DNA from: a virus
Lineage: Duplodnaviria; Caudoviricetes
Reading direction: 5' to 3' (one strand)
Virus record (IMG/VR): IMGVR_UViG_3300032224_000722
Location: 1-53,460 of that record
Length of the DNA: 53,460 nt
Shown one piece after another: positions 9,441-17,696 of the stretch (positions are counted from its first letter, which is position 1; each line of letters begins with the position of its first letter). The notes under the pieces were generated by a model. It did no database searches. It was not told the DNA's origin and saw nothing but the letters and a program-made list of their open reading frames with translations. Position numbers and translations under genes: made by a program.

Positions 9441-9776
9441 ATGAGACCATTATGTAAAACATGCGGTAAAAGGCCAGTGGCAATCAATTACCACAAAGAC
9501 GATAGAGTATTTTATCGCAAAACTTGCGATCATTGTGCCAGACATAGAGATGTAGGAAGGCCTAAGTGGCAACAGGCTGGCTACAGAAAGAAAGATAAAT
9601 GCGACCGCTGTGGATACACCAGCAAACACCCAGAACAGTTTGATGTATACTACATCGACGGGGAGCCGTCAAACACTAAGCTGGCAAATCTAAAAACGGT
9701 ATGTTCGAACTGCCAGCGGATCCTGCATATTTTGAAGCTACCTTGGAAACGGGGTGATTTGACACCAGATTTTTAA
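9441..9776 (+). CDS. Zn-finger protein with a degenerate HNH-like domain
   Basis: Four CxxC pairs. The segment CDRCG...FDVYYIDGEPSNTKLANLKTVCSNCQRILH follows the HNH pattern, but with YY in place of the usual HH. Confidence 0.75.
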   Translation: MRPLCKTCGKRPVAINYHKDDRVFYRKTCDHCARHRDVGRPKWQQAGYRKKDKCDRCGYTSKHPEQFDVYYIDGEPSNTKLANLKTVCSNCQRILHILKLPWKRGDLTPDF

Positions 9777-10389
9777 CCTGGGCAAATAAGTCGTCTATAC
9801 TACCGTTGTTGTCTAAAACGGCATCAAACTCTGTTCCGACCCAAGCAGTTTCGCTGGCATGTATTTTATGCTTGTCTAGTTCTGCTTTGCCCAAAGCCCA
9901 AGAGGTATTGCGCACAGGACCTCGATTAAAGTTTATGGCGGCTTCGTACCATTCAGGTTCGGCGCCACGTACTACTCGTACTACAATTCCGCCAGCAGTT
10001 TTAATTGATTTAATTTCGTTTGGAAATCTGCAATCGCTAATAACAATGTCGTCAGTACTATTACGGAGTTTGTTTTCTAGACTGGCAATCCAAATATCAT
10101 CATGAAATGATTTACGGCACACTTCTGTGCCCCAATATTGTAACACCCAGCGTGGAGTAAGGTTGGGCATGCCAAGTCGTTCTGCCCACCACGGATCTAC
10201 TTGTTCACGCCACTCACGTGCTGATTTAGTGCGGCCTTCGAGCATGGTTCGGTCCCAGCCAAACACAGACGATACTGCATCTTTAAGACTGTTGGCAAAA
10301 CTTTCTCGCCTAAATTCGTGGAAATTTGTTAGATAGTCGGCAATAGTATCTTTGCCGGACCCGATAAAACCGCACACACCAATAATCAT
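9676..10389 (-). CDS. Deoxynucleoside monophosphate kinase (T4 gp1-like)
   Basis: MIIGVCGFIGSGKDT P-loop, SFA..LK, TPR.VLQ.WGTEV.R, VISDCRFPNE, HASE, NNGSIDDL. Confidence 0.93.
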   Translation of the reverse strand: MIIGVCGFIGSGKDTIADYLTNFHEFRRESFANSLKDAVSSVFGWDRTMLEGRTKSAREWREQVDPWWAERLGMPNLTPRWVLQYWGTEVCRKSFHDDIWIASLENKLRNSTDDIVISDCRFPNEIKSIKTAGGIVVRVVRGAEPEWYEAAINFNRGPVRNTSWALGKAELDKHKIHASETAWVGTEFDAVLDNNGSIDDLFAQVKNLVSNHPVSKVASKYAGSAGSSNIPFLDLPA

Positions 10390-10412
10390 AGTATCCCCTA
10401 AGCTGATACTAT

Positions 10413-10441
10413 ATTTTATTACAAAGCGATTACAATGTCAA
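10413..10441 (-). promoter_or_regulatory. Sigma70-type promoter for the dNMP kinase
   Basis: The minus strand has TTGACA (10441-10436), a 17-nt spacer and TAAAAT (10418-10413), then an AGGGGA RBS and the ATG at 10389. Confidence 0.85.
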
Positions 10442-10452
10442 TGAGTTTTGGC

Positions 10453-11238
10453 TTAACCTACAACAAACCACATGGGTTTTTCGCCCGTGCCGTATGCCTT
10501 CATGTCAGCTTCTAATGCTTCGATTTGCGCGGCACCTTCACTTTTTAGTTGCGTACCGTTCAAAGTGGTACCACCTTGTGGGCCGGTAATTTGATTGAAT
10601 TTTTCACGTGCTTCACCTAGCATAAGTTTGCAGTTAGCAAGTGTATAGTCTTTGATCCATAGTCCTGCATACGGATCATCAAGTAGAGCAAAATCCGGAC
10701 GATGGTTATACAACCATAGGAGTACGTTTTCTTCGCCACGTGGACGTTGCATAATTGTAAGTTTGCGGGTCTGTGGATGATATGTAAATTGGATATAACT
10801 ACCAAACATTTTACCTACCATTTTTTGATACTGTGCAAACGCATAGTATGTGCCTAGTCCACCCATGTTACTTGATGACAGTAAATAGGTATTTGTATAG
10901 GCTAAATTAAATGGTTCAAACAATGTTCCGCCATCGCCACCACCACTTCTACTACCAATACTTCTACGGAATACATCACGTACCTCTACAACTTCATTGC
11001 CTAAGATATATTCGTTTTGATCCTGCTCTAGTGTTAAGAATCCGTAACTTTCTTCTACGGAGTTAGAGGATTTTTGACGATATTTTGCTAGCGCACGATC
11101 TATCGCTGTGTTATAGTCTTTTGGTTCAAGTTCTACATCCACCATATTTCCGCCCAGGAATGACTTAACATAGTCAATTATCTGCTGGCGTACCGGTGTT
11201 GTATCGTTTACTGGGTTTGGGGTGTTTGCTGTGCTCAT
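10453..11238 (-). CDS. Neck protein (gp13-like)
   Basis: IIDYVKSFLGG.MVDVEL......AIDRAL, WIKDYTLA.CK..LGEAREKF..I.GPQGGTTLNG..LK.E....IE.LE. Confidence 0.88.
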   Translation of the reverse strand: MSTANTPNPVNDTTPVRQQIIDYVKSFLGGNMVDVELEPKDYNTAIDRALAKYRQKSSNSVEESYGFLTLEQDQNEYILGNEVVEVRDVFRRSIGSRSGGGDGGTLFEPFNLAYTNTYLLSSSNMGGLGTYYAFAQYQKMVGKMFGSYIQFTYHPQTRKLTIMQRPRGEENVLLWLYNHRPDFALLDDPYAGLWIKDYTLANCKLMLGEAREKFNQITGPQGGTTLNGTQLKSEGAAQIEALEADMKAYGTGEKPMWFVVG

Positions 11239-11243
11239 ACAGA

Positions 11244-11260
11244 TATTTATTCTATAAATA
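11244..11260. promoter_or_regulatory. Back-to-back late promoters (minus TAAATA 11244-11249; plus TATAAATA 11253-11260)
   Basis: The 29-bp intergenic sequence acagaTATTTAttcTATAAATAcgatact lies between divergent ATGs at 11238 and 11268. Confidence 0.8.
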
Positions 11261-11267
11261 CGATACT

Positions 11268-12491
11268 ATGCCAAGACTATCCCTTTACCGCCCCGAAAAA
11301 AGCAATGATTTTAAGTTCTTAGATCGTGTAATTGACGAGCAATTTCAAGTGGGCGGAACCGACATTTATGTCCACAAATACCTAGGATATGTAAATCCTG
11401 CCACAGGAACTGCAAGTCCAGCACAACCAGTTAGTTCTAACCCTATTGCGGAGTTAGGAATACAAGATGTCTTACTCATGGAAAACCGTGATAGGCACTA
11501 TGCACCCGACGTGTATGTAATGCGCGGAATATACCAAATGCAGGACTTAGATTTTAATCTAAGTCAGTTTGGTTTGTTTTTAAACAACGATAATATCATG
11601 TTACACTTTCACTTGCGTGGATGTGTAGAAACACTTGGTCGAAAAATGATGGCCGGCGATGTTGTAGAACTGCCGCATTTGCGTGACGAGTATTCTTTAG
11701 ATAGTACATCAGCAATTAAACGATTTTATGTTATACAAGAAGTTATGCGTCCGTCAAACGGGTTTAGCCAGACTTGGTTTCCGCATTTAATCCGTGCTAA
11801 GTGTGCTCCATTAGTCGACACACAAGAATACAAAGAAATCTTAGATGCCGTTAACACAGATTCTAACGGTATTTCAGATCCTAACGGAACTACATTAAGA
11901 GATATAGTTTCACAATATAAAGTTAGTATTGAAATTAACAATCAAATTCTTGCACAAGCAGAAGCAGATTCACCTTCTAGTGGATTCGACGATGCCGATT
12001 TATATGTTGTGCCTTGGGCGCCAGACGGAACAGTAGATACACAAGATATTAGTGACACCAGTATTGATAATACAAACTGGGACAACATAGATGCTTCTAT
12101 TGTGTTACGCTCTCCCGATCATACATACTTTGTACAACGCGGCATTCAGGAAGGTGGAATCCCACCAAACGGAGCCAAATATAGTGCAGGTATTGAATTT
12201 CCAAATCATCCTGTTAAAGGCCAATTCCATTTAAGGATAGATTATTTGCCTAATACATTGTTTAGATTCGATGGCGCTATTTGGGTCAAGTTTGAAGATA
12301 ATGTTCGCATGACGCTAGACGAGTTCGGAACTCAAGATGTGGCTCAGGGGACTGCACACGCAGGTAAACAAGTAAGAAGAACACAAGTTGCCGGATATAT
12401 TAATAATGCAAATACGGCAACTATCGCAGGTTCTACTGTACCAGAGCGTCAAAGTTTAAGTAACGCTTTAAGACCAAAGGCAGATAATTAA
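11268..12491 (+). CDS. Neck/head-closure protein (gp14-like) with a C-terminal extension
   Basis: Start reassigned to ATG 11268 (MPRLSLYRPEK). E.FQVGG.DIYV, D.LL.ENRDR.Y, LSQFGLF...D, GDVVELP resemble gp14. It lies between the gp13- and gp15-like genes. Confidence 0.7.
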   Translation: MPRLSLYRPEKSNDFKFLDRVIDEQFQVGGTDIYVHKYLGYVNPATGTASPAQPVSSNPIAELGIQDVLLMENRDRHYAPDVYVMRGIYQMQDLDFNLSQFGLFLNNDNIMLHFHLRGCVETLGRKMMAGDVVELPHLRDEYSLDSTSAIKRFYVIQEVMRPSNGFSQTWFPHLIRAKCAPLVDTQEYKEILDAVNTDSNGISDPNGTTLRDIVSQYKVSIEINNQILAQAEADSPSSGFDDADLYVVPWAPDGTVDTQDISDTSIDNTNWDNIDASIVLRSPDHTYFVQRGIQEGGIPPNGAKYSAGIEFPNHPVKGQFHLRIDYLPNTLFRFDGAIWVKFEDNVRMTLDEFGTQDVAQGTAHAGKQVRRTQVAGYINNANTATIAGSTVPERQSLSNALRPKADN

Positions 12492-13984
12492 TGGATCATT
12501 TTTACGACGGGCAAATACGACGCTACCTAACTCAGTTTATGAGAGTTATGAGCAACTTCTCATACAAAGATGCAAAAGGCAACTTGGTACAGATTCCTGT
12601 ACGCTACGGAGATATGAGCAGACAAGTGGCGCAAATACTCACAAAGAATTCTGAGAACACGATGCCATCGGCTCCGTTTATCAGTTGTTATATTAAGAAT
12701 TTAAAAATTGCTCGTGAACGATTACAAAACCCGTATTACGAAAACACGCTCAATGTTAGAGAGCGAGAAACACACTATGTTGATGAAAATCCCAGCAGTC
12801 CGACATACGGTGAAACTATAAATGAACAGGGCAACTTACAAGGTGGCAATTATACCATTAATCGTTTAATGCCTACACCATATGATTTAGAATTTCAAGC
12901 AGATATTTGGAGTTCAAATACTGATCAAAAATTACAGATCCTTGAACAAATATTAGTATTGTTCCGCCCTGCATTAGAAATTCAAACCACAAGCAACTTT
13001 GTTGACTGGACGAGTTTAAGTTATTTAGAATTATCTGATATGACTTGGTCGACTCGGGCTATTCCTCAAGGTGTAGAACAAGATATTGATATTGCTAATT
13101 TAGGATTTACTGCGCCAATTTGGATCAGTACTCCTGTTAAGGTAAAACAACTAGGCATTATTACAGATATTATTGCAAGTATATTTGTAGAACCAACTGG
13201 CACATTAAGCGAAAGCAAATACGACGATGGCGCATTCTTTAATGGACGTACACCTACTGCTATTGCAGGACACAACTTGAAAGATCATAATATTGTGGTA
13301 ATGGATAACACCGCAACATTAGGACCTGGAGTGAGTTGGTATAAAATTCTTGATGCTTATCCTGGTACATTTACTGCCGGATTAAGTCAAATTAGATTTA
13401 CAAAAGATCTAAGCACAGAAGTTGTTGCTACAATAACACTAAATCCAATTGATGAAACGCAGATGATTTTAAATATCGATGCATCTACATTACCTACTAA
13501 CAGCCAAGTACCTGCAAACAGTGGTAAAACTTATGTCGATGCTATTATAGATCCTACCAAATTTACAACTGATATCAACAACGTAGGTATTCGTTATCTA
13601 ATCTTAGAAGATATCAATCCTGCGTACAGACAAGTTCAATACATTGCAAATCCGGGATATGATTCTAATGACCCTGCTAGCCCCCAACAGCTGGTCAAGT
13701 TAGATGCAAATGGAAATCCTGTTTACATTAAACAATATCCGGATGCAGGTTATGCAGTGACTAATTTTAAAAATGCAGATAATTCAATATTTTCAGCAAA
13801 TGTAAATGACATTATTACTTGGGACGGCGAAAAATGGGTAGTTATATTCGACTCTTTAGCCGGGGTTACTCCTACTTACATAACTAATATACGTACTGGT
13901 TCACAATACGTATGGGACGGTGAACAATGGACTTCTAGTTATGAAGGCGAGTACAAACCAGGATATTGGCGTTTATTGTTATGA
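12491..13984 (+). CDS. Tail terminator / sheath stabiliser (gp15-like) with a C-terminal extension
   Basis: HFYDGQIRRYLTQF, IPVRYG, MPTPYDLEFQADIWSSNTDQKLQILEQILVLFRP. Confidence 0.85.
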   Translation: MDHFYDGQIRRYLTQFMRVMSNFSYKDAKGNLVQIPVRYGDMSRQVAQILTKNSENTMPSAPFISCYIKNLKIARERLQNPYYENTLNVRERETHYVDENPSSPTYGETINEQGNLQGGNYTINRLMPTPYDLEFQADIWSSNTDQKLQILEQILVLFRPALEIQTTSNFVDWTSLSYLELSDMTWSTRAIPQGVEQDIDIANLGFTAPIWISTPVKVKQLGIITDIIASIFVEPTGTLSESKYDDGAFFNGRTPTAIAGHNLKDHNIVVMDNTATLGPGVSWYKILDAYPGTFTAGLSQIRFTKDLSTEVVATITLNPIDETQMILNIDASTLPTNSQVPANSGKTYVDAIIDPTKFTTDINNVGIRYLILEDINPAYRQVQYIANPGYDSNDPASPQQLVKLDANGNPVYIKQYPDAGYAVTNFKNADNSIFSANVNDIITWDGEKWVVIFDSLAGVTPTYITNIRTGSQYVWDGEQWTSSYEGEYKPGYWRLLL

Positions 13985-14406
13985 GTATAATTTGTAGTGG
14001 TGGAATTTTTTTAAGTAAGTCAACAAAGCGATTTTTATTGCTAAACAGAACAGAAGGCAAAACTGCAAACACGTGGGGTATCGTCGGCGGTAAACACGAA
14101 CCTAACGATCAAACTCCTTACGAAGCACTATGTAGGGAAATCCAAGAAGAAATTGGATTCCTACCGTCTATAGAAAAAACAATTCCTTTAGAACAATACG
14201 AAAGTAAAGATGGGGAATTTTATTACCATACCTACGTATTGTTAGTTGAGGACGAGTTTATTCCTAAACTAAATCATGAACACTCGGGGTACGCTTGGGT
14301 ATCTAAAGACAGTTGGCCTAAGCCCTTGCATTCTGGACTTAGGACCACACTGGGTAATAAAACTAACAGAGTAAAAATTGAAACTATTTTTGATGTGATA
14401 GGTTAA
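13981..14406 (+). CDS. NUDIX hydrolase
   Basis: Nudix box GGKHEPNDQTPYEALCREIQEEIG, plus LN.EH.GY.W. The likely start is ATG 13981, overlapping the gp15 stop (ATGA). Confidence 0.9.
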   Translation: MSIICSGGIFLSKSTKRFLLLNRTEGKTANTWGIVGGKHEPNDQTPYEALCREIQEEIGFLPSIEKTIPLEQYESKDGEFYYHTYVLLVEDEFIPKLNHEHSGYAWVSKDSWPKPLHSGLRTTLGNKTNRVKIETIFDVIG

Positions 14407-14993
14407 ATGTCAGTAGCTATTAAATTAAAGCTAATGCTAATTCTATCTTCGTCTGATAAGTTTTCTTCCACACCGTGATCTAACCAGCTTGGAAAAGCTA
14501 TGAATAGTCCCGGTACGGGTTGAAAACTATAACTCTTGTAATTGGCATCTACATCTTTAGCACTATAGAAATGCTGTCGTGCCGCAAGATTAGGATTAAT
14601 AAATGTTATCTTACCAGAGCGTGGTGGCGTTTTAATATATAGGGTACAGGCTAATACACTACGAGGATGTAAATGCGGGATCATGTATGCCCCGGGCGAA
14701 TTTACATTTACCCAGTAATTTAATAATGTCAACGGCGTAACAGATTCGTAGTCCTTGACTAGCATACCAGTACATTTTTCAATTATAGGCATTAGTACAG
14801 GATGGGCAATAGTAAGAACTTTGCTACTGCCACCTCCGCCACGCTTACTTGAAATATCTAGATTTGGCTGAGTTTTAACCATCTCTCTCGAAAATCTTTC
14901 TAATTCTGCAATATCTTCATCAGAGATTTCATTTGTAATAGTCCACACCGGCGTGGGGAAAATATTACTTAATTTAAGTTCAGATCCAGCCAA
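14403..14993 (-). CDS. Putative 2OG-Fe(II) oxygenase (TIGR02466-like)
   Basis: IFPTPVW, WVNVN..G.Y..PHLHP.S.L...LYIKTP..SG.I.F, F.P..G....FPSWL.H.V..N.SDEDRISISFN. Confidence 0.88.
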   Translation of the reverse strand: MAGSELKLSNIFPTPVWTITNEISDEDIAELERFSREMVKTQPNLDISSKRGGGGSSKVLTIAHPVLMPIIEKCTGMLVKDYESVTPLTLLNYWVNVNSPGAYMIPHLHPRSVLACTLYIKTPPRSGKITFINPNLAARQHFYSAKDVDANYKSYSFQPVPGLFIAFPSWLDHGVEENLSDEDRISISFNLIATDI

Positions 14994-15642
14994 GTTGTTT
15001 TACCTGTAATGGAGTTGTACAGTCATTAACTGCTTTCTTTTCAGCCATCATTTCGCCTAACAAGGTTGCTTGTTGAGCTTGGAATGCCGCATTCTTAGCA
15101 AGGGCTTGGCTAGCTAACTCTCCAACACTAATACCGCTAGCCGCTGATAATGCAGATAACAATGGAGTTGGATAGTTAGGATTTGCTTGGACAGCCTGTG
15201 ATTCTTCTAACTGTTGTTGATGAGTACTTGCTTCTAACTTACTAGTCATGCTTCTCATGTTAGAAAATTTAACATCAAACTCGGCTTGAATTTCTAAGCA
15301 AGATAGATACTTATATCCTTTTAAGAATAAGTCAATATCTTCAGCAGAAGTTAAAGTAGGAAAGTGATGCATATGACCTTCAGCGATACTTTCTGGGTTA
15401 TGATCTGCAACAGTAGTAACAAGTGCAACACAACCGTCGTCTAGGACAGTATAGTTGATATGTGCAAACTCTGCAATTACTTGCGGATCAGTTAACTGTA
15501 CAATTTTATATTTTGCAATTTGATCTGCATTAAAATTTACAATAGGAAGATCTAACACTAACCAACCGTGAGTAGTGTATTTTGTATCTGGAGGTAGTTG
15601 GAATGTAAGTGGTTGATTCCAATCAATTTTCATTAAAAGCAT
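14980..15642 (-). CDS. Hypothetical protein, possibly a tail-fibre assembly chaperone
   Basis: The C-terminal PTPLLSALSAASGISVGELA...LAK resembles motifs of fibre-assembly proteins. The start may be 15642 or 15633. Confidence 0.5.
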   Translation of the reverse strand: MLLMKIDWNQPLTFQLPPDTKYTTHGWLVLDLPIVNFNADQIAKYKIVQLTDPQVIAEFAHINYTVLDDGCVALVTTVADHNPESIAEGHMHHFPTLTSAEDIDLFLKGYKYLSCLEIQAEFDVKFSNMRSMTSKLEASTHQQQLEESQAVQANPNYPTPLLSALSAASGISVGELASQALAKNAAFQAQQATLLGEMMAEKKAVNDCTTPLQVKQLGWI

Positions 15643-15668
15643 GTTAGTAGGGACCTTGCTAAAAAGCG

Positions 15669-16355
15669 TTATTGTGCTGACCTTGCAATTTTGTCCTGTG
15701 TACCGTCTTGATTAAACTTGATCAATGTTTCTTGATCTTGTGCTGATCCTAACTGTGGTACTGGAATATATGCGGCCATTTCATTTGTAATCTTCAATGC
15801 TTCTTGTAGTGTTACATGGAAGATCTCTTCTGGTAAGTCCATCATCGCTTGCAGGTTACCTGTAGAAATTCTACCTGTAGATACAATATCTAATCCTGCT
15901 TGACGACCTAGACGTTTGACCCAGTAATCAATTTCGAGAGTATCTTTCATAGATAGCATCTCACCGATATCAAAATTATCATTGAAGTACTGTAATACTT
16001 CGTAAAAAGTAACCAATTCGTTTTTGATACGTTTAACTTCTTTTACATTTAAGTAAATCTTTTCTTCTACTTGATGGATTTCTAAATCAATTTCCATCTG
16101 ATATAAAGGATCAGTTTCACGCTCGCGCTTCTTTTTCAAGATTTCAATCTTAAGCTGATTCTTTTTATCTTCATATTCTGCTTTACGTAAATTTTCTTCA
16201 CGTACTTCTGATTCCATCACAACTTGTTGCAGTTGTTTAACGGGTGTAAGCTGTGAGTTAATAACAAACTGCTTCATTTGGAAGTCACTCATACCACGGG
16301 GTAGAGCTTCTACTAAATCAGCTATTTGCCAAACTTTCTTTTCTGTTGATTCCAT
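15669..16355 (-). CDS. Hypothetical coiled-coil protein
   Basis: 228 aa with an E/K-rich central coil and an AAGGA RBS. It overlaps the halogenase 3' end by 38 bp. Confidence 0.7.
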   Translation of the reverse strand: MESTEKKVWQIADLVEALPRGMSDFQMKQFVINSQLTPVKQLQQVVMESEVREENLRKAEYEDKKNQLKIEILKKKRERETDPLYQMEIDLEIHQVEEKIYLNVKEVKRIKNELVTFYEVLQYFNDNFDIGEMLSMKDTLEIDYWVKRLGRQAGLDIVSTGRISTGNLQAMMDLPEEIFHVTLQEALKITNEMAAYIPVPQLGSAQDQETLIKFNQDGTQDKIARSAQ

Positions 16356-17685
16356 TTTTAATCCTTATCTCTGTTATGTGCTTGTAATGATTTGGTAATG
16401 TTTTTTGTGCAAGATAAACTTGTACTTTAGCATCCTGTGTTACCTTAGGATAATAATGAGCTTCACCAAACCCCCTTAGCAATTCGTTCCATTGAAAATA
16501 AGGATAACCGTTATCGAGGTTATCTTCCTTCGTTGGATATTTATATTTAAGAGAACGCCAAAAATCCTGGAAGTCTTTTGAGTTACGGGCGGCTTCGCTT
16601 GCCGCTACCCAAAACGGCTCTTTTCTCTTGCTAAAGGCATAATGACTCAACACCACAACTTTAATATAGCGTATTTTTTCCTGTATTTCTGCGTTTGCCC
16701 ATGCATGGGTTTTGCGCCCTGTAATAACTTCAACGGCATATTCAATAGTTTTACCTGCTAAATGGATCGCTGTGGCTTCTAATGGTTCTATGAACCCGCT
16801 ACTCATACCCGCCGCAATAATATTACCTTTAATGATCTCTTTATAATAGCCAGGACTCATTGTGATCTTTCTAGGATTTTCAATGCCTGTTGCTTTGGTA
16901 AACTCTGTTCTAGCGTCTTCATCGTTAATAAACTGACTACTGTAGATGTATCCGTTACCAGTTCTTTCGTAGACTGGGATTTTAAAGCGCCACCCTGCTG
17001 TCATCCCTATACTAGATGTAAACGGCTCGTACTCTTTTTCTGGGTTCGTATAAGATTTTTGTCCTACTATTGCTGTATCTACTAATAGTTCATCGCTGTA
17101 ACTACAAAATTCGCTGTCTGTTTTGCTGATCAGTAAGCGACGGAATCCCGAGCAGTCAACGAACCAGTCTGCAACTACAGTGGTGCCGTTATCTAAGGTG
17201 ACGCTTTTACAAGTATTTCCGTCCATCTCAACTTCTGTTATCTCTGCGTGAGTTAGTGTAACACCCTTTTCTGTACTACGTGCTTGTAACAAATTAGCAA
17301 GCTCTGTCGCTACAAAGTGACATCCGTGCATACTGTTTTCGTGTAACCAAGGGCACTTATTATTATTGCCAACAGCCGCGGCTAAATCACTACCCCACAT
17401 TTCCCAGTCCGGGTCAGTTGATAACCAAAAAGGTTTTTCAGCAAAGTCGATAAATTTGATTCCTAATTTGACGCCGCCACCCGTGAGTGCAACTAACTCT
17501 GTGGCTTTAATACCTAGGTCGTTTAGCATTTTCATAATGCTAGGCCACGTTCCTTCACCTACGCCAATGGTGGGAATGTTTGGACTTTCAATTAAATGAA
17601 TTTGATAATTTGGAAACTTGTTAATAAGATAAGCGGCGGAAAGCCAACCAGCTGTCCCACCGCCCACGATGCATATTGTCGTCAT
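16318..17685 (-). CDS. Flavin-dependent halogenase (tryptophan halogenase / PrnA-like family)
   Basis: ICIVGGGTAGW (FAD), IGVGEGT, KLGIKF (catalytic Lys position), ADWFVDCSGF, GWRFKIP, R.GNGY.YSS.F, GFIEPLEATAI. Start reassigned to ATG 17685 (MTTICIVGG). Confidence 0.92.
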   Translation of the reverse strand: MTTICIVGGGTAGWLSAAYLINKFPNYQIHLIESPNIPTIGVGEGTWPSIMKMLNDLGIKATELVALTGGGVKLGIKFIDFAEKPFWLSTDPDWEMWGSDLAAAVGNNNKCPWLHENSMHGCHFVATELANLLQARSTEKGVTLTHAEITEVEMDGNTCKSVTLDNGTTVVADWFVDCSGFRRLLISKTDSEFCSYSDELLVDTAIVGQKSYTNPEKEYEPFTSSIGMTAGWRFKIPVYERTGNGYIYSSQFINDEDARTEFTKATGIENPRKITMSPGYYKEIIKGNIIAAGMSSGFIEPLEATAIHLAGKTIEYAVEVITGRKTHAWANAEIQEKIRYIKVVVLSHYAFSKRKEPFWVAASEAARNSKDFQDFWRSLKYKYPTKEDNLDNGYPYFQWNELLRGFGEAHYYPKVTQDAKVQVYLAQKTLPNHYKHITEIRIKNGINRKESLANS

Positions 17686-17690
17686 AAACC

Positions 17691-17696
17691 TACTTA
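17691..17696 (-). promoter_or_regulatory. TAAGTA late-promoter variant 5 nt upstream of the halogenase ATG
   Basis: The minus strand reads TAA-TAAGTA-GGTTT-ATG, the same geometry as TAAGTA-AAGTT-ATG at 2639-2650. Confidence 0.55.

Noticed and set aside
9441-9776. Mobile homing endonuclease or intron
   Set aside because: The catalytic His residues appear absent and no neighbouring gene is interrupted.
11196-11267. Track start for the gp14-like ORF at 11196
   Set aside because: It would overlap the divergent gp13 start and both promoters. ATG 11268 follows TATAAATA.
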